Below are positions 54,454-63,769 of a stretch of DNA of 64,000 bases, piece after piece; positions within the stretch are counted from its first letter, which is position 1, and the number at the start of each line of letters is the position of its first letter. This DNA is from Eubacteriales bacterium. GTDB taxonomy: Bacteria; Bacillota; Clostridia; Oscillospirales; CAG-272. The translations under genes were made by a program, and so were the position numbers. Where the stretch lies: positions 4,941 through 68,940 of the forward strand of contig JAZNZC010000153.1 of assembly GCA_045594745.1 (NCBI GenBank). Reading direction: 5' to 3'. Below the pieces are notes generated by a model that was not told the DNA's origin, searched no databases, and saw nothing but the letters and a program-made list of their open reading frames with translations.

Positions 54454-55185
54454 ATGTCCGGACATAGCAAATGGGCGAATATCAAGCACAAAAAAGAAAA
54501 GACCGATGCCGCAAGAGGTAAGATCTTTACCAAGATCGGCAAAGAGATCACCATCGCAGTCAAAGAGGGAGGCGGTGAGCCTGCTTCCAACTCCAAGCTG
54601 CGCGACCTGATCCAAAAGGCAAAAGCAAACAACGTTCCCAACGATAACATTGAGCGTTGCATCAAAAAGGCGCTCGGCGGCGGCGGTGAGAACTATGAGG
54701 AGGTATCCTACGAGGGTTACGGTCCCGCAGGTGTTGCTGTTATCGTTACTGCTACTACCGATAACCGCAACCGCACCGCAGGCAACGTACGCGCTTACTT
54801 CTCCAAATACCACGGCAACATGGGGCAGACCGGTTGCGTAGGCTATCTGTTCACAGATGTTGGTGAGATCGTTAACAACAACGAGGATGGCGACGTTGAC
54901 GAGGATAAATTGATGGAGCAAGCACTTGAGGCAGGTGCGGCAGACTTCAAAGCAGAGGGAGATGTTTTTATCATCACCACCGAGCCCGACGATGTTTATA
55001 ACATTCAAGAAGACCTCAAAGCCGCAGGATATGAGATTCTCTCGGCAGAAAAAACCAAGCAGGCATCCACCTCTGTTACGCTTGAGAGCGAAGATGACAT
55101 CAAGTTTATGAATCTTCTCATCGATAAGCTTGAAGAAGATGATGACGTTATGGATGTTTATCACAACTGGGAAAACTGCGATTGA
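54454..55185 (+). CDS. yebC: YebC/PmpR-family DNA-binding transcriptional regulator
   Basis: MSGHSKWANIKHKKEKTDAARGKIFTK... is the diagnostic N-terminus. Confidence 0.93.
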   Translation: MSGHSKWANIKHKKEKTDAARGKIFTKIGKEITIAVKEGGGEPASNSKLRDLIQKAKANNVPNDNIERCIKKALGGGGENYEEVSYEGYGPAGVAVIVTATTDNRNRTAGNVRAYFSKYHGNMGQTGCVGYLFTDVGEIVNNNEDGDVDEDKLMEQALEAGAADFKAEGDVFIITTEPDDVYNIQEDLKAAGYEILSAEKTKQASTSVTLESEDDIKFMNLLIDKLEEDDDVMDVYHNWENCD

Positions 55186-55213
55186 TTTTTTTGAAAAAAG
55201 TTTCAAAAAACTA

Positions 55214-55242
55214 TTGACAAACACTTCTTTGTGTGGTATACT
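55214..55242 (+). promoter_or_regulatory. Promoter of T-box unit 1
   Basis: TTGACA-17 nt-TATACT. Confidence 0.6.
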
Positions 55243-55249
55243 ACACGTA

Positions 55250-55520
55250 ATTTAGTAAAGGCTATGACGAAGAAGGTCGAGTAAGGGAGTCCACAGAGAG
55301 TCGGATAAGGTGTGAACCGATGACAAAATTACTCAAGACCCATCACTTCCGAGCCGGATGTTCGAAAGATATTTTATTAAGTAGAATTTCCCGTGATTGC
55401 TGCGTCAAGGCATAGGAATTGTTTGATTCCAAGAGTGGCGACTGTGTCGCAATTTGAGTGGTACCGCGAGTGTATTTTCACACCCGTCTCAAAGTTTGAG
55501 ACGGGTGTTTTATATTTTTG
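55250..55520 (+). promoter_or_regulatory. T-box riboswitch leader 1 (putative Ile, AUC specifier)
   Basis: Stem I has a GA/K-turn (AUGAC...CGA), an AGAGAG bulge and a GGUGUGA distal loop. The specifier-loop 3' side reads CAUCA directly before the CUUC helix. The T-box sequence AATTTGAGTGGTACCGCG is at 55451-55468. The terminator CACCCGTCTC-aaagtt-GAGACGGGTG plus T-run is at 55481-55511. Confidence 0.85.
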
Positions 55521-55538
55521 TAAAAGGAGGAAACCAAA

Positions 55539-57806
55539 ATGTCTACTTCATCATCCAACACTTTGCAGGAGGTCGCTCTGCGAATTCGCGAAATGCGCGA
55601 GATCTTTGATTTCAGTGTTGAAACGATGGCAGAAAAGACCGAAGTATCGGTAGAGGAATATTGCAGATATGAAAGCGGAGAGTTGGATTTTCCGTTCACC
55701 TTCATTCACAAATGTGCTCTTGCTTTTGGAATTGGTATGACCGATTTGCTCGAAGGTCGCAGCGCACATCTTTCGTCTTACACGGTCACCCGACGTGGGC
55801 AAGGACAACAGACCGCAAAGGAGGAAGGCATTGAGATTTCTAACCTTGCTCCTATGTTCCGCAAAAAGCTGGCTGAGCCTTATTGGGTTCACTACGAATA
55901 TAATCCCGATCTGCAAAATCGTCCTATTCACCTCACAAAGCACTCAGGTCAAGAGTTCGATATGGTGCTCAAGGGCAAGCTCAAGGTACAGATCGGTGAG
56001 AATGTCGAATACCTTAGTGAGGGCGATAGCATCTATTACAACAGCTCCACACCCCACGGTATGATCGCGATTGACGGTGAGGATTGTCTCTTTGTTGCAG
56101 TTGTTATGTCCGGTGAGGATGAGAAAGAGGATGTTATCAGAGACACACTCATTCCTATGTGTGCACCGCAAAAAGAACTTGTATGCGATCACTTTATTTC
56201 CACGGTCGAGGACGAAAACGGACTTTTGCAATCCATCGACTTCCACAACGACGATCAATTCAACTTTGGATTTGACGTTGTTGATGCTATCGCGCAAAAG
56301 GATCCCGAAAAGCTTGCGATGATCCATATTGCAAACGATAAGACCGAGCGTCGCTTTACCTTTAATGATATGAAGCGCAAATCAGCGCAATGTGCCAACT
56401 ATTTCAAATCCTTAGGCATCAAAAAAGGTGACCGTGTTATGCTTGTTCTCAAGCGTCACTATCAATTCTGGTTTGCTATTATTGGTCTGCATAAGCTTGG
56501 TGCGATCGTCATTCCCGCAACCAATCAGCTGCAGGCACACGATTTTGAATATCGCTTTGAAGCAGCAGATATCAGTGCGATCATTTGTACAGCGGATGGT
56601 GATGTGGCGCATCAAGTCGATCTTGCACAAGAGAAGTGCCCAATGCTGAAAACAAAGGTGCTTGTCGGCGGCAAGCGCGAAGGATGGAAGGATTTTGACG
56701 AGGAATTTGAACTCTTTAGCGCACATTTCTATCGCACCGAAGAGACTCCTTGCGGCGACGATCTGATGCTGATGTTCTTCACATCCGGCACCACAGGATA
56801 TCCCAAGATCGCGGCGCACACCTATAAATATCCTCTTGGTCACTTTGTTACCGCAAAGCACTGGCACGGTGTTAGTGACGGCAGCCTGCACTTTACCATT
56901 TCCGAAACGGGATGGGGAAAGGCTCTGTGGGGCAAGCTCTACGGTCAATGGCTGTGTGAGGGTGCAGTCTTTACCTACGATTTCGACCGCTTTGATGCGT
57001 CGGAGATCCTTCCGATGTTTGCAAAATACAACATTACAACCTTCTGTGCACCTCCCACGATGCTCCGCATGATGATCAAGCAGGATATCTCCAAATACGA
57101 TCTTTCTTCCATCAAGCATATGACAACCGCAGGTGAGGCACTCAATCCCGAGGTTTACCGTCAGTTTGAAAAGGCTACGGGACTTCAGATCATGGAAGGC
57201 TTTGGTCAGACCGAATTGACGCTTACCATTGCTAACCTGATCGGCGGCACGCACAAGCTCGGCTCTATGGGTAAGCCCATTCCGCTTTACGATGTTGACA
57301 TCGTCGATCCCGACGGCAATCCTGTGGCAGATGGCGAGACGGGAGAGATCATCGTTCGCACCGATAAGAAAGTACCTTGCGGACTCTTTGCAGGCTACTA
57401 TCGAAACGAAGAAAAGCCCGCCGAGGTTTGGCACGACGGTATGTACCACACAGGAGATACTGCGTGGAGAGATGAGGACGGCTTCTATTGGTACGTTGGT
57501 CGCGTAGATGACGTTATCAAGTCCTCGGGCTATCGCATTGGTCCCTTTGAAATCGAAAGCGTTATTATGGAGCTGCCTTACGTCCTTGAATGTGGCGTTT
57601 CTGCCGCTCCCGATGAGGTCAGTGGTCAGGTCGTTAAGGCATCTATCGTCCTTACAAAGGGAACTGAACCTACTGAGGAACTCAAAAAAGAAATTCAAAA
57701 CTACGTTAAGGAGCATACGGCACCTTACAAATATCCGCGTATCGTTGTTTTCCGCGATGAGCTTCCCAAAACCATCAGCGGAAAGATCCAGCGCAACAAG
57801 CTTTGA
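55539..57806 (+). CDS. Fusion protein: XRE-type HTH + cupin + AMP-forming acyl-CoA synthetase (copy 1)
   Basis: N-terminal HTH (SVETMAEKTEVSVEEYCRYESGE), cupin (GQEFDMVLKGKL...GDSIYYNSSTPHGM), then an ANL-family enzyme (MFFTSGTTGYPK, YHTGD, SSGYRIGPFEIES, PKTISGKIQRNKL). 755 aa. AAAGGAGG SD. Confidence 0.85.
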   Translation: MSTSSSNTLQEVALRIREMREIFDFSVETMAEKTEVSVEEYCRYESGELDFPFTFIHKCALAFGIGMTDLLEGRSAHLSSYTVTRRGQGQQTAKEEGIEISNLAPMFRKKLAEPYWVHYEYNPDLQNRPIHLTKHSGQEFDMVLKGKLKVQIGENVEYLSEGDSIYYNSSTPHGMIAIDGEDCLFVAVVMSGEDEKEDVIRDTLIPMCAPQKELVCDHFISTVEDENGLLQSIDFHNDDQFNFGFDVVDAIAQKDPEKLAMIHIANDKTERRFTFNDMKRKSAQCANYFKSLGIKKGDRVMLVLKRHYQFWFAIIGLHKLGAIVIPATNQLQAHDFEYRFEAADISAIICTADGDVAHQVDLAQEKCPMLKTKVLVGGKREGWKDFDEEFELFSAHFYRTEETPCGDDLMLMFFTSGTTGYPKIAAHTYKYPLGHFVTAKHWHGVSDGSLHFTISETGWGKALWGKLYGQWLCEGAVFTYDFDRFDASEILPMFAKYNITTFCAPPTMLRMMIKQDISKYDLSSIKHMTTAGEALNPEVYRQFEKATGLQIMEGFGQTELTLTIANLIGGTHKLGSMGKPIPLYDVDIVDPDGNPVADGETGEIIVRTDKKVPCGLFAGYYRNEEKPAEVWHDGMYHTGDTAWRDEDGFYWYVGRVDDVIKSSGYRIGPFEIESVIMELPYVLECGVSAAPDEVSGQVVKASIVLTKGTEPTEELKKEIQNYVKEHTAPYKYPRIVVFRDELPKTISGKIQRNKL

Positions 57807-57849
57807 TAAAACATTCTTATAATAAATGTTGGAAAAATTATAAAAGCTC

Positions 57850-57878
57850 TTGACAAATAACCAAAAGTGTGATACAAT
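57850..57878 (+). promoter_or_regulatory. Promoter of T-box unit 2
   Basis: TTGACA-17 nt-(TGA)TACAAT. Confidence 0.6.
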
Positions 57879-57884
57879 CTTAAT

Positions 57885-58165
57885 AATTTAGAAAGGCACT
57901 GACGAAGAGGGTGCCGACAAAGCGGTCTTTGCAGAGAAATGGCGGACGGTGCGAGCCATAGACCTCGGTCGGTATTTGTAGCTTCCGAGCCGAAGGGAAG
58001 AACGAGCGAAAGCTCCATTAGACCCCTTCCGTGATTGCTGCGTCAACGCATAGGAGCTGTCAGGCTCCAAGAGTGGCGACTATGTCGCAATTTGAGTGGT
58101 ACCGCGGGTGTTATTGCACTCGTCTCAAGGTTATTTTCACTTTGGGACGAGTGCATTTCTTGTTC
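57885..58165 (+). promoter_or_regulatory. T-box riboswitch leader 2 (putative Val, GUA specifier)
   Basis: Same architecture as leader 1, with compensatory changes in stem III. The specifier-loop 3' side reads UUUGUAG before CUUC. The T-box AATTTGAGTGGTACCGCG is at 58089-58106. The terminator GCACTCGTC...GACGAGTGC is at 58116-58154, followed by a T-rich tract. Confidence 0.85.
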
Positions 58166-58191
58166 CCGAGTAAGAAACGGAGAGAGAAAGA

Positions 58192-60480
58192 ATGAAACAA
58201 ATGAGCGGATTGGATTTCAAGATCCAGGAAATGGCCGAGCGTATTCGTGAGTTGCGTGAGATCACGCGATATACTCCCGAGGAGATGGCGGCAAAGACCG
58301 ACGTAACAACCGAAGAATACCTTGCGTGTGAGAACGGTCAGAGCGACCTTAACTTTGCGTTTATCTACCGTTGTGCACTGGCTTTTGGCGTAAACGTCAC
58401 CGATATTATCGACGGTGTCAGCCCCAAGCTCAAGTCTTACACGGTCACGCGCAACGGCGCGGGACAGCGTATCGAGCAAGCGCACGGAATGACCTACTTC
58501 AATCTGGCGTATGCGTTCCAAAACCGTATTGCAGAGCCTTTGTACGTTCGCAGTGAGTACAACGAAGAAGCACAACACAAGGATATTGAATTGACCACCC
58601 ACGCGGGACAAGAGATCGATATCGTTATTTCGGGTAGTCTGATGGTTCAGGTCGGCTCTCACAAGGAGATCCTGCGTGCAGGTGACAGCATCTACTACGA
58701 TAGTAGCGCGCCTCACGGTATGATCGCCGTTGACGGTCAGGATTGCGAGTTTTATGCAATCGTTCTCAATCCCACGGGCGAACCTATCCCCGAGTTGACT
58801 CCCGCAAAGCTTGTCAAGGGAACAGCTATTCCAACAAAGGATACCAAGGAGCGCATCTATCAAAAGTTCATCGACGTTGTCGAGAACGAAAACGGTACTC
58901 CTACATCCATTCAATTCAAAAATACCGAGAACTTCAATTTTGCATTCGATCTTGTCGATGCACTTGCCGATAAAGAGCCGCAAAAGCTTGCAATGCTCCA
59001 TATTTCGCAAGATAAGACCGAGCGCAGATTTACTTTTAAGGATATCAAAAAAGCATCGGCACAATGTGCTAACTATTTCAAGTCACTTGGCATCAAAAAA
59101 GGCGACCGCGTTATGCTCGTTCTCAAGCGTCATTATCAGTTCTGGTTTGCGATGCTTGGTCTGAATAAGCTCGGTGCCATTGCTATTCCTGCTCCCAATC
59201 AGCTCCAGGAGCACGACTTTGAATATCGCTTCAAGGCAGCAGGGATCAGCACGATCCTTTGTACCTCGGACGGAGATACCGCACATCAAATTGAGCTTGC
59301 TGCTGCGACTTGTCCTGAGCTCAAGAACTTCTTGATCGTAAACGGTAAGCGCAAGGGCTGGAGAAGCTTCGATGAAGAATATCCGCTTTACAGCTCTCAT
59401 TACAACCGTGGCGAGGATGCTCCCGGCGGCAATGATCTGATGCTGATGTTCTTTACATCGGGAACAACGGGATACCCCAAGATAGCGGCGCACAATTATA
59501 AATATGCACTCGGACATTTCCACACCGCAAAATATTGGCACAACGCCGATCCCAACGGATTGCACTTTACTATTTCGGATACGGGCTGGGCAAAGGCAAT
59601 GTGGGGCAAGCTCTACGGCCAATGGCTGTGCGAAGCCGCAACCTTTGTTTACGATTTCGACCGCTTTGATGCATCTGAGATCCTGCCCATGTTTGCAAAA
59701 TACAACATCACGACCTTCTGCGCACCTCCCACGATGCTGCGTATGATGATCAAGCAGGATATCTCCAAATACGATCTTTCCTCGGTCAAGCATATGACAA
59801 CCGCAGGCGAGGCGCTTAACCCCGAGGTTTATCGTCAGTTTGAAAAGGCAACCGGACTCCAAATTCTTGAGGGCTTTGGCCAAACTGAGAGCACAATGAT
59901 CATTGGTAATCTTATAGGTGCTTCGCATAAGATCGGTTCGATGGGTAAGCCCGCACCGATCTACGATGTAGAGCTCGTCGATGTCGACGGAAATCCCGTA
60001 GCAGTTGGTGAAAGTGGTGAGATCGTTGTCAACGTCAAAAACGGAGCACCTTGCGGACTCTTTACCGGTTACTACCGCGACGAAGAAAAGACCGCCGAGG
60101 TTTGGCACGATGGCTACTATCACACCGGCGACGTTGCTTGGCGTGATGAGGACGGCTTCTATTGGTACGTCGGACGCGCTGATGACGTTATCAAATCTTC
60201 GGGTTACCGCATCGGTCCTTTTGAGATCGAAAGCGTTATTATGGAACTGCCTTACGTTCTTGAGTGCGGTGTTTCTGCCGCTCCCGACGAAGTCAGAGGA
60301 CAGATCGTAAAGGCTTCTATCGTTCTTACAAAGGGAACCGAGCCAACCGAAGAACTCAAAAAAGAAATTCAGAATTACGTTAAGGAGCACACAGCTCCCT
60401 ATAAATACCCCAGACTTGTGGTATTCCGTGATGAACTTCCCAAAACCACAAGTGGAAAAATTCAGAGGAACAAATTATGA
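58192..60480 (+). CDS. Fusion protein: XRE-type HTH + cupin + AMP-forming acyl-CoA synthetase (copy 2)
   Basis: 762-aa paralogue of 55539-57806 with the same three-domain order. The C-terminal two thirds are very similar at both protein and DNA level. Confidence 0.85.
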   Translation: MKQMSGLDFKIQEMAERIRELREITRYTPEEMAAKTDVTTEEYLACENGQSDLNFAFIYRCALAFGVNVTDIIDGVSPKLKSYTVTRNGAGQRIEQAHGMTYFNLAYAFQNRIAEPLYVRSEYNEEAQHKDIELTTHAGQEIDIVISGSLMVQVGSHKEILRAGDSIYYDSSAPHGMIAVDGQDCEFYAIVLNPTGEPIPELTPAKLVKGTAIPTKDTKERIYQKFIDVVENENGTPTSIQFKNTENFNFAFDLVDALADKEPQKLAMLHISQDKTERRFTFKDIKKASAQCANYFKSLGIKKGDRVMLVLKRHYQFWFAMLGLNKLGAIAIPAPNQLQEHDFEYRFKAAGISTILCTSDGDTAHQIELAAATCPELKNFLIVNGKRKGWRSFDEEYPLYSSHYNRGEDAPGGNDLMLMFFTSGTTGYPKIAAHNYKYALGHFHTAKYWHNADPNGLHFTISDTGWAKAMWGKLYGQWLCEAATFVYDFDRFDASEILPMFAKYNITTFCAPPTMLRMMIKQDISKYDLSSVKHMTTAGEALNPEVYRQFEKATGLQILEGFGQTESTMIIGNLIGASHKIGSMGKPAPIYDVELVDVDGNPVAVGESGEIVVNVKNGAPCGLFTGYYRDEEKTAEVWHDGYYHTGDVAWRDEDGFYWYVGRADDVIKSSGYRIGPFEIESVIMELPYVLECGVSAAPDEVRGQIVKASIVLTKGTEPTEELKKEIQNYVKEHTAPYKYPRLVVFRDELPKTTSGKIQRNKL

Positions 60481-61139
60481 TGAACAAACGCGTTTTGTTG
60501 CTGTGCGGACATTACGGTAGCGGCAAAACCAACATCGCCGTCAATCTGGCACAAGCGATCAAGAGGGAATACTCAACGGTGACTCTTGCCGACCTTGACA
60601 TCGTCAATCCTTATTTTCGTTCTAAGGACAGTGCTATTGAACTGGAAGAGGCGGGGATTCGACTCATTTGCTCCAATTATGCAAACAGTAACGTTGATAT
60701 TCCCGCGCTTCCGTCAGATCTCTACGCACTCACCGATGACCGCCGTATGAAAGCCATCATCGATGTGGGCGGCGACGATCGCGGTGCATTGGTTCTTGGC
60801 AGACTTGCTCCCGCAATTCTGTCAGAAAACGATTATGAGATGCTGATGGTGATCAACTGCTACCGACCGCTCACAAGAGATGCCGCATCCACGCTTGAGG
60901 TGATGCGCGAGATCGAGTATGCCGGCGGTATTCGCTTTACGGCATTGGTCAACAACTCCAATCTCGGAGCAGAGACCACCGCAGAGGATGTACTCGCATC
61001 GATGCGCTATGCCGATGAAGTGGCGGCTATGTCCAACCTGCCCGTCGTTATGACAACAGCAGACGAAAGATTGCAGAGTGAATTACAGGATAAGATTCCA
61101 AATCTTTTCCCACTCAAGCTGCAAAAAAAGATACAATAA
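60477..61139 (+). CDS. P-loop NTPase (MinD/ParA/CooC-like, deviant Walker A)
   Basis: LLLCGHYGSGKTNIAVNLA at the N-terminus. ATGA overlap with the upstream ligase gene. 220 aa. Confidence 0.6.
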   Translation: MMNKRVLLLCGHYGSGKTNIAVNLAQAIKREYSTVTLADLDIVNPYFRSKDSAIELEEAGIRLICSNYANSNVDIPALPSDLYALTDDRRMKAIIDVGGDDRGALVLGRLAPAILSENDYEMLMVINCYRPLTRDAASTLEVMREIEYAGGIRFTALVNNSNLGAETTAEDVLASMRYADEVAAMSNLPVVMTTADERLQSELQDKIPNLFPLKLQKKIQ

Positions 61140-61176
61140 TGGTTTACAAATCCTACTAAAAAGGAGTTACATAAAA

Positions 61177-61383
61177 ATGGCAAAATTAACGTTTTTGACC
61201 GATAATTGCAAGGGCTGCGGTCTGTGTGTGGACGCTTGCCCCAAAAAGGTGCTTCGTTTGGCACCCGATAAGATCAACAAAAAAGGACATCACCCCGTAG
61301 AGGCAGAAAACCCCGATGCTTGCATTGGCTGTGCATTCTGCGCTACGATGTGTCCCGATTGCATTATTACTGTTGAGAGGTGA
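61177..61383 (+). CDS. 4Fe-4S ferredoxin-type protein (delta subunit of 2-oxoacid:ferredoxin oxidoreductase)
   Basis: Two CxxCxxCxxxCP motifs (CKGCGLCVDACP, CIGCAFCATMCP). 68 aa from MAKLTF with an AAGGAG SD. Confidence 0.85.
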   Translation: MAKLTFLTDNCKGCGLCVDACPKKVLRLAPDKINKKGHHPVEAENPDACIGCAFCATMCPDCIITVER

Positions 61384-61388
61384 TCAAA

Positions 61389-62456
61389 ATGGCAGATAAA
61401 GTATTGATGAAAGGCAACGAAGCCATTGCCGAGGCCGCAATTCACGCAGGCTGCAGACATTATTTTGGCTATCCCATCACCCCTCAAACCGAGATCGCGG
61501 CTTATATGGCAAAAAAGATGCCCAAGATCGGCGGCACTTTTCTGCAAGCTGAAAGTGAGATCGCGGCGATCAATATGGTCTACGGTGTGGCATCCGCAGG
61601 ACACCGCGTTATGACCTCTTCCTCAAGCCCCGGAATCGCACTCAAGAGCGAAGGCCTTTCTTACCTCGCAGGCTCGGATCTGCCGTCTTTGGTCGTTAAC
61701 GTTCAACGCGGTGGTCCCGGACTTGGCGGTATTCAGCCCAGCCAATCTGACTATTTCCAAGCAACCAAGGCAGGCGGTCACGGCGACTTCCGTATGATCG
61801 TTCTCGCTCCCGCATCCGTTCAGGAGATGGCAGAGCTCACCGTCAAGGGCTTTGAACTTGCCGATACATACCGCATGACCGCTATGATCCTTGCCGACGG
61901 TACGATGGGGCAGATGATGGAGCCTGTGGCACTTGACGACCTTGTTGTCAAGCCTGCACCTGCAAAGCCTTGGGCGACTACCGGCACCAAGATGCAACGC
62001 GCTCACAATATTACTAATTCGCTCTCTCTCGTTCCCGAAGAGCTCGAAAAGCTGAATTTCGCTCGCTATGAGCGTTACCGCACCATTGAGGAAAACGAGG
62101 TCATGTACGAGGAATATATGATGGACGATGCAGAGATCTGTATTGCCGCTTTCGGTATTGCCGCACGTGTTTCCAAAAACGCGATCAATGAGGCGAGAAA
62201 AGCGGGCATTAAGGTTGGTATGATCCGTCCCATCACGCTCTGGCCCTTCCCGAAGGAAGTATTCCGTCGCGCCGCAGATAAGGTCAACAGCTTTATTTCT
62301 GTTGAGCTTTCTATGGGGCAGATGATCGAGGACGTTCGCCTTGCAACCGAATGCAAAAAGCCTGTAATGCTTTGCAATCGTGCAGGCGGTATGATCCCGT
62401 CTCCCGATCAAGTACTCGAAGCAATTAAGAACGCCGCGAAAGGAGGAGAGAACTAA
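61389..62456 (+). CDS. vorB: 2-oxoacid:ferredoxin oxidoreductase alpha subunit (VorB-like, 3-methyl-2-oxobutanoate type)
   Basis: MADKVLMKGNEAIAEAAIHAGCRHYFGYPITPQTEI is the typical N-terminus of the VOR/KOR alpha subunit. Substrate assignment comes from context only. Confidence 0.8.
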   Translation: MADKVLMKGNEAIAEAAIHAGCRHYFGYPITPQTEIAAYMAKKMPKIGGTFLQAESEIAAINMVYGVASAGHRVMTSSSSPGIALKSEGLSYLAGSDLPSLVVNVQRGGPGLGGIQPSQSDYFQATKAGGHGDFRMIVLAPASVQEMAELTVKGFELADTYRMTAMILADGTMGQMMEPVALDDLVVKPAPAKPWATTGTKMQRAHNITNSLSLVPEELEKLNFARYERYRTIEENEVMYEEYMMDDAEICIAAFGIAARVSKNAINEARKAGIKVGMIRPITLWPFPKEVFRRAADKVNSFISVELSMGQMIEDVRLATECKKPVMLCNRAGGMIPSPDQVLEAIKNAAKGGEN

Positions 62457-63214
62457 TGGTTGTATTTAAGAAACCCCACGCTCTGACCGATGCACCCTTC
62501 CATTATTGCCCCGGTTGCACCCACGGTATCATTCACCGTTTGGTAGCCGAGGTCATTGACGAGCTCGGCATTGAGGGCAGAACCATCGGTATTGCTCCCG
62601 TTGGTTGCTCGGTTATGGCTTATAACTACTTTAACTGTGATATGATCGAGGCCGCACACGGTCGCGCACCTGCTGTTGCTACCGGTGTTAAGCGCGCCAA
62701 CCCCGAGGAACATATCGTTTTCACCTACCAAGGCGACGGTGACCTCGCATCTATCGGCATGGCAGAAACCGTTCACGCCGCCGCAAGAAACGAAAATATC
62801 ACCATTATCTTTATTAACAATGCAATTTACGGTATGACCGGCGGTCAGATGGCGCCCACATCGCTTCCCGGACAGGTTACACAGACCTCTCCTTACGGTC
62901 GCGACACCAACCACTGCGGGTTCCCGATTCGTGTATGCGAAATGCTCTCCGAGCTTGAGGGCCCCGAATATCTCGCCCGTGTTACCGTTAATAACGTAAA
63001 GAATGTAAATAACGCTAAAAAAGCGATCAAAAAGGCATTCCAAAATCAGATCGATGGCAAAGGCTTCTCTTTGGTCGAAGTACTTTCCACCTGTCCTACC
63101 AACTGGGGTATGACTCCTCAGAAGGCTCTGCAATGGATCGATGAGAAAATGATCCCTTATTATCCGCTTGGCGTTTATAAGGATAGAAGTGGGGAGGAGG
63201 AATCGGCAAAATGA
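62456..63214 (+). CDS. 2-oxoacid:ferredoxin oxidoreductase beta subunit (TPP-binding)
   Basis: HYCPGCTHG..., GDGD... and IFINNAIYGMTGGQ TPP-binding motifs. Start/stop overlaps the alpha subunit gene. Confidence 0.88.
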   Translation: MVVFKKPHALTDAPFHYCPGCTHGIIHRLVAEVIDELGIEGRTIGIAPVGCSVMAYNYFNCDMIEAAHGRAPAVATGVKRANPEEHIVFTYQGDGDLASIGMAETVHAAARNENITIIFINNAIYGMTGGQMAPTSLPGQVTQTSPYGRDTNHCGFPIRVCEMLSELEGPEYLARVTVNNVKNVNNAKKAIKKAFQNQIDGKGFSLVEVLSTCPTNWGMTPQKALQWIDEKMIPYYPLGVYKDRSGEEESAK

Positions 63215-63744
63215 GTACAAAGCAAATGCTGTTTTCCGGCTTTGGCGGACAGGGAATTCTGTTTGCCGGTAAATTTATCGCTTACAAAGGACTGATGGAG
63301 GAAAAGCAAGTCAGTTGGCTTCCGTCCTACGGTCCCGAAATGCGCGGTGGTACTGCAAGTTGTAGCGTCATCGTCAGCGACGAGCCTGTTGGCTCCCCCA
63401 TTGTATCCAACCCCGATATCCTGATCGCTATGAACCTGCCGTCTCTTGATAAATTCGAGTCGACTGTTGTTCCCGGCGGAATGATTTTTGCTGACTCCAC
63501 TCTTATCGAGCGCAAGGTTGAACGCGATGATGTTAAGGTGTTCTACATTCCCGCGACACAACTCGCAAGCGACAATGGCACGCCCACACTCGCAAACATG
63601 ATCATCGTTGGTAAGGTGCTCAAGGAAATTGGCGACTACAACGAAGAAAACATCACCGCTGCACTTAAAAAAGTTATTTCTGCAAAGCGCGCGGATATGC
63701 TTGATATCAACCTTGGCGCTATGCGTCTTGGTGCCCAAAACTAA
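63211..63744 (+). CDS. 2-oxoacid:ferredoxin oxidoreductase gamma subunit
   Basis: [14 protein letters not shown]...YGPEMRGG is the gamma (POR/KOR) subunit family. 4-nt overlap with the beta subunit gene. Confidence 0.88.
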   Translation: MSTKQMLFSGFGGQGILFAGKFIAYKGLMEEKQVSWLPSYGPEMRGGTASCSVIVSDEPVGSPIVSNPDILIAMNLPSLDKFESTVVPGGMIFADSTLIERKVERDDVKVFYIPATQLASDNGTPTLANMIIVGKVLKEIGDYNEENITAALKKVISAKRADMLDINLGAMRLGAQN

Positions 63745-63769
63745 TTCAAAATACAGAAAGGGTAGTACT

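Noticed and set aside
56412-60390. Long antisense ORFs (56412-57716 and 59083-60390, about 434 aa each) that resemble each other
   Set aside because: They resemble each other only because the sense-strand acyl-CoA synthetase genes are paralogues. They have no start context or motifs and are shadow ORFs.
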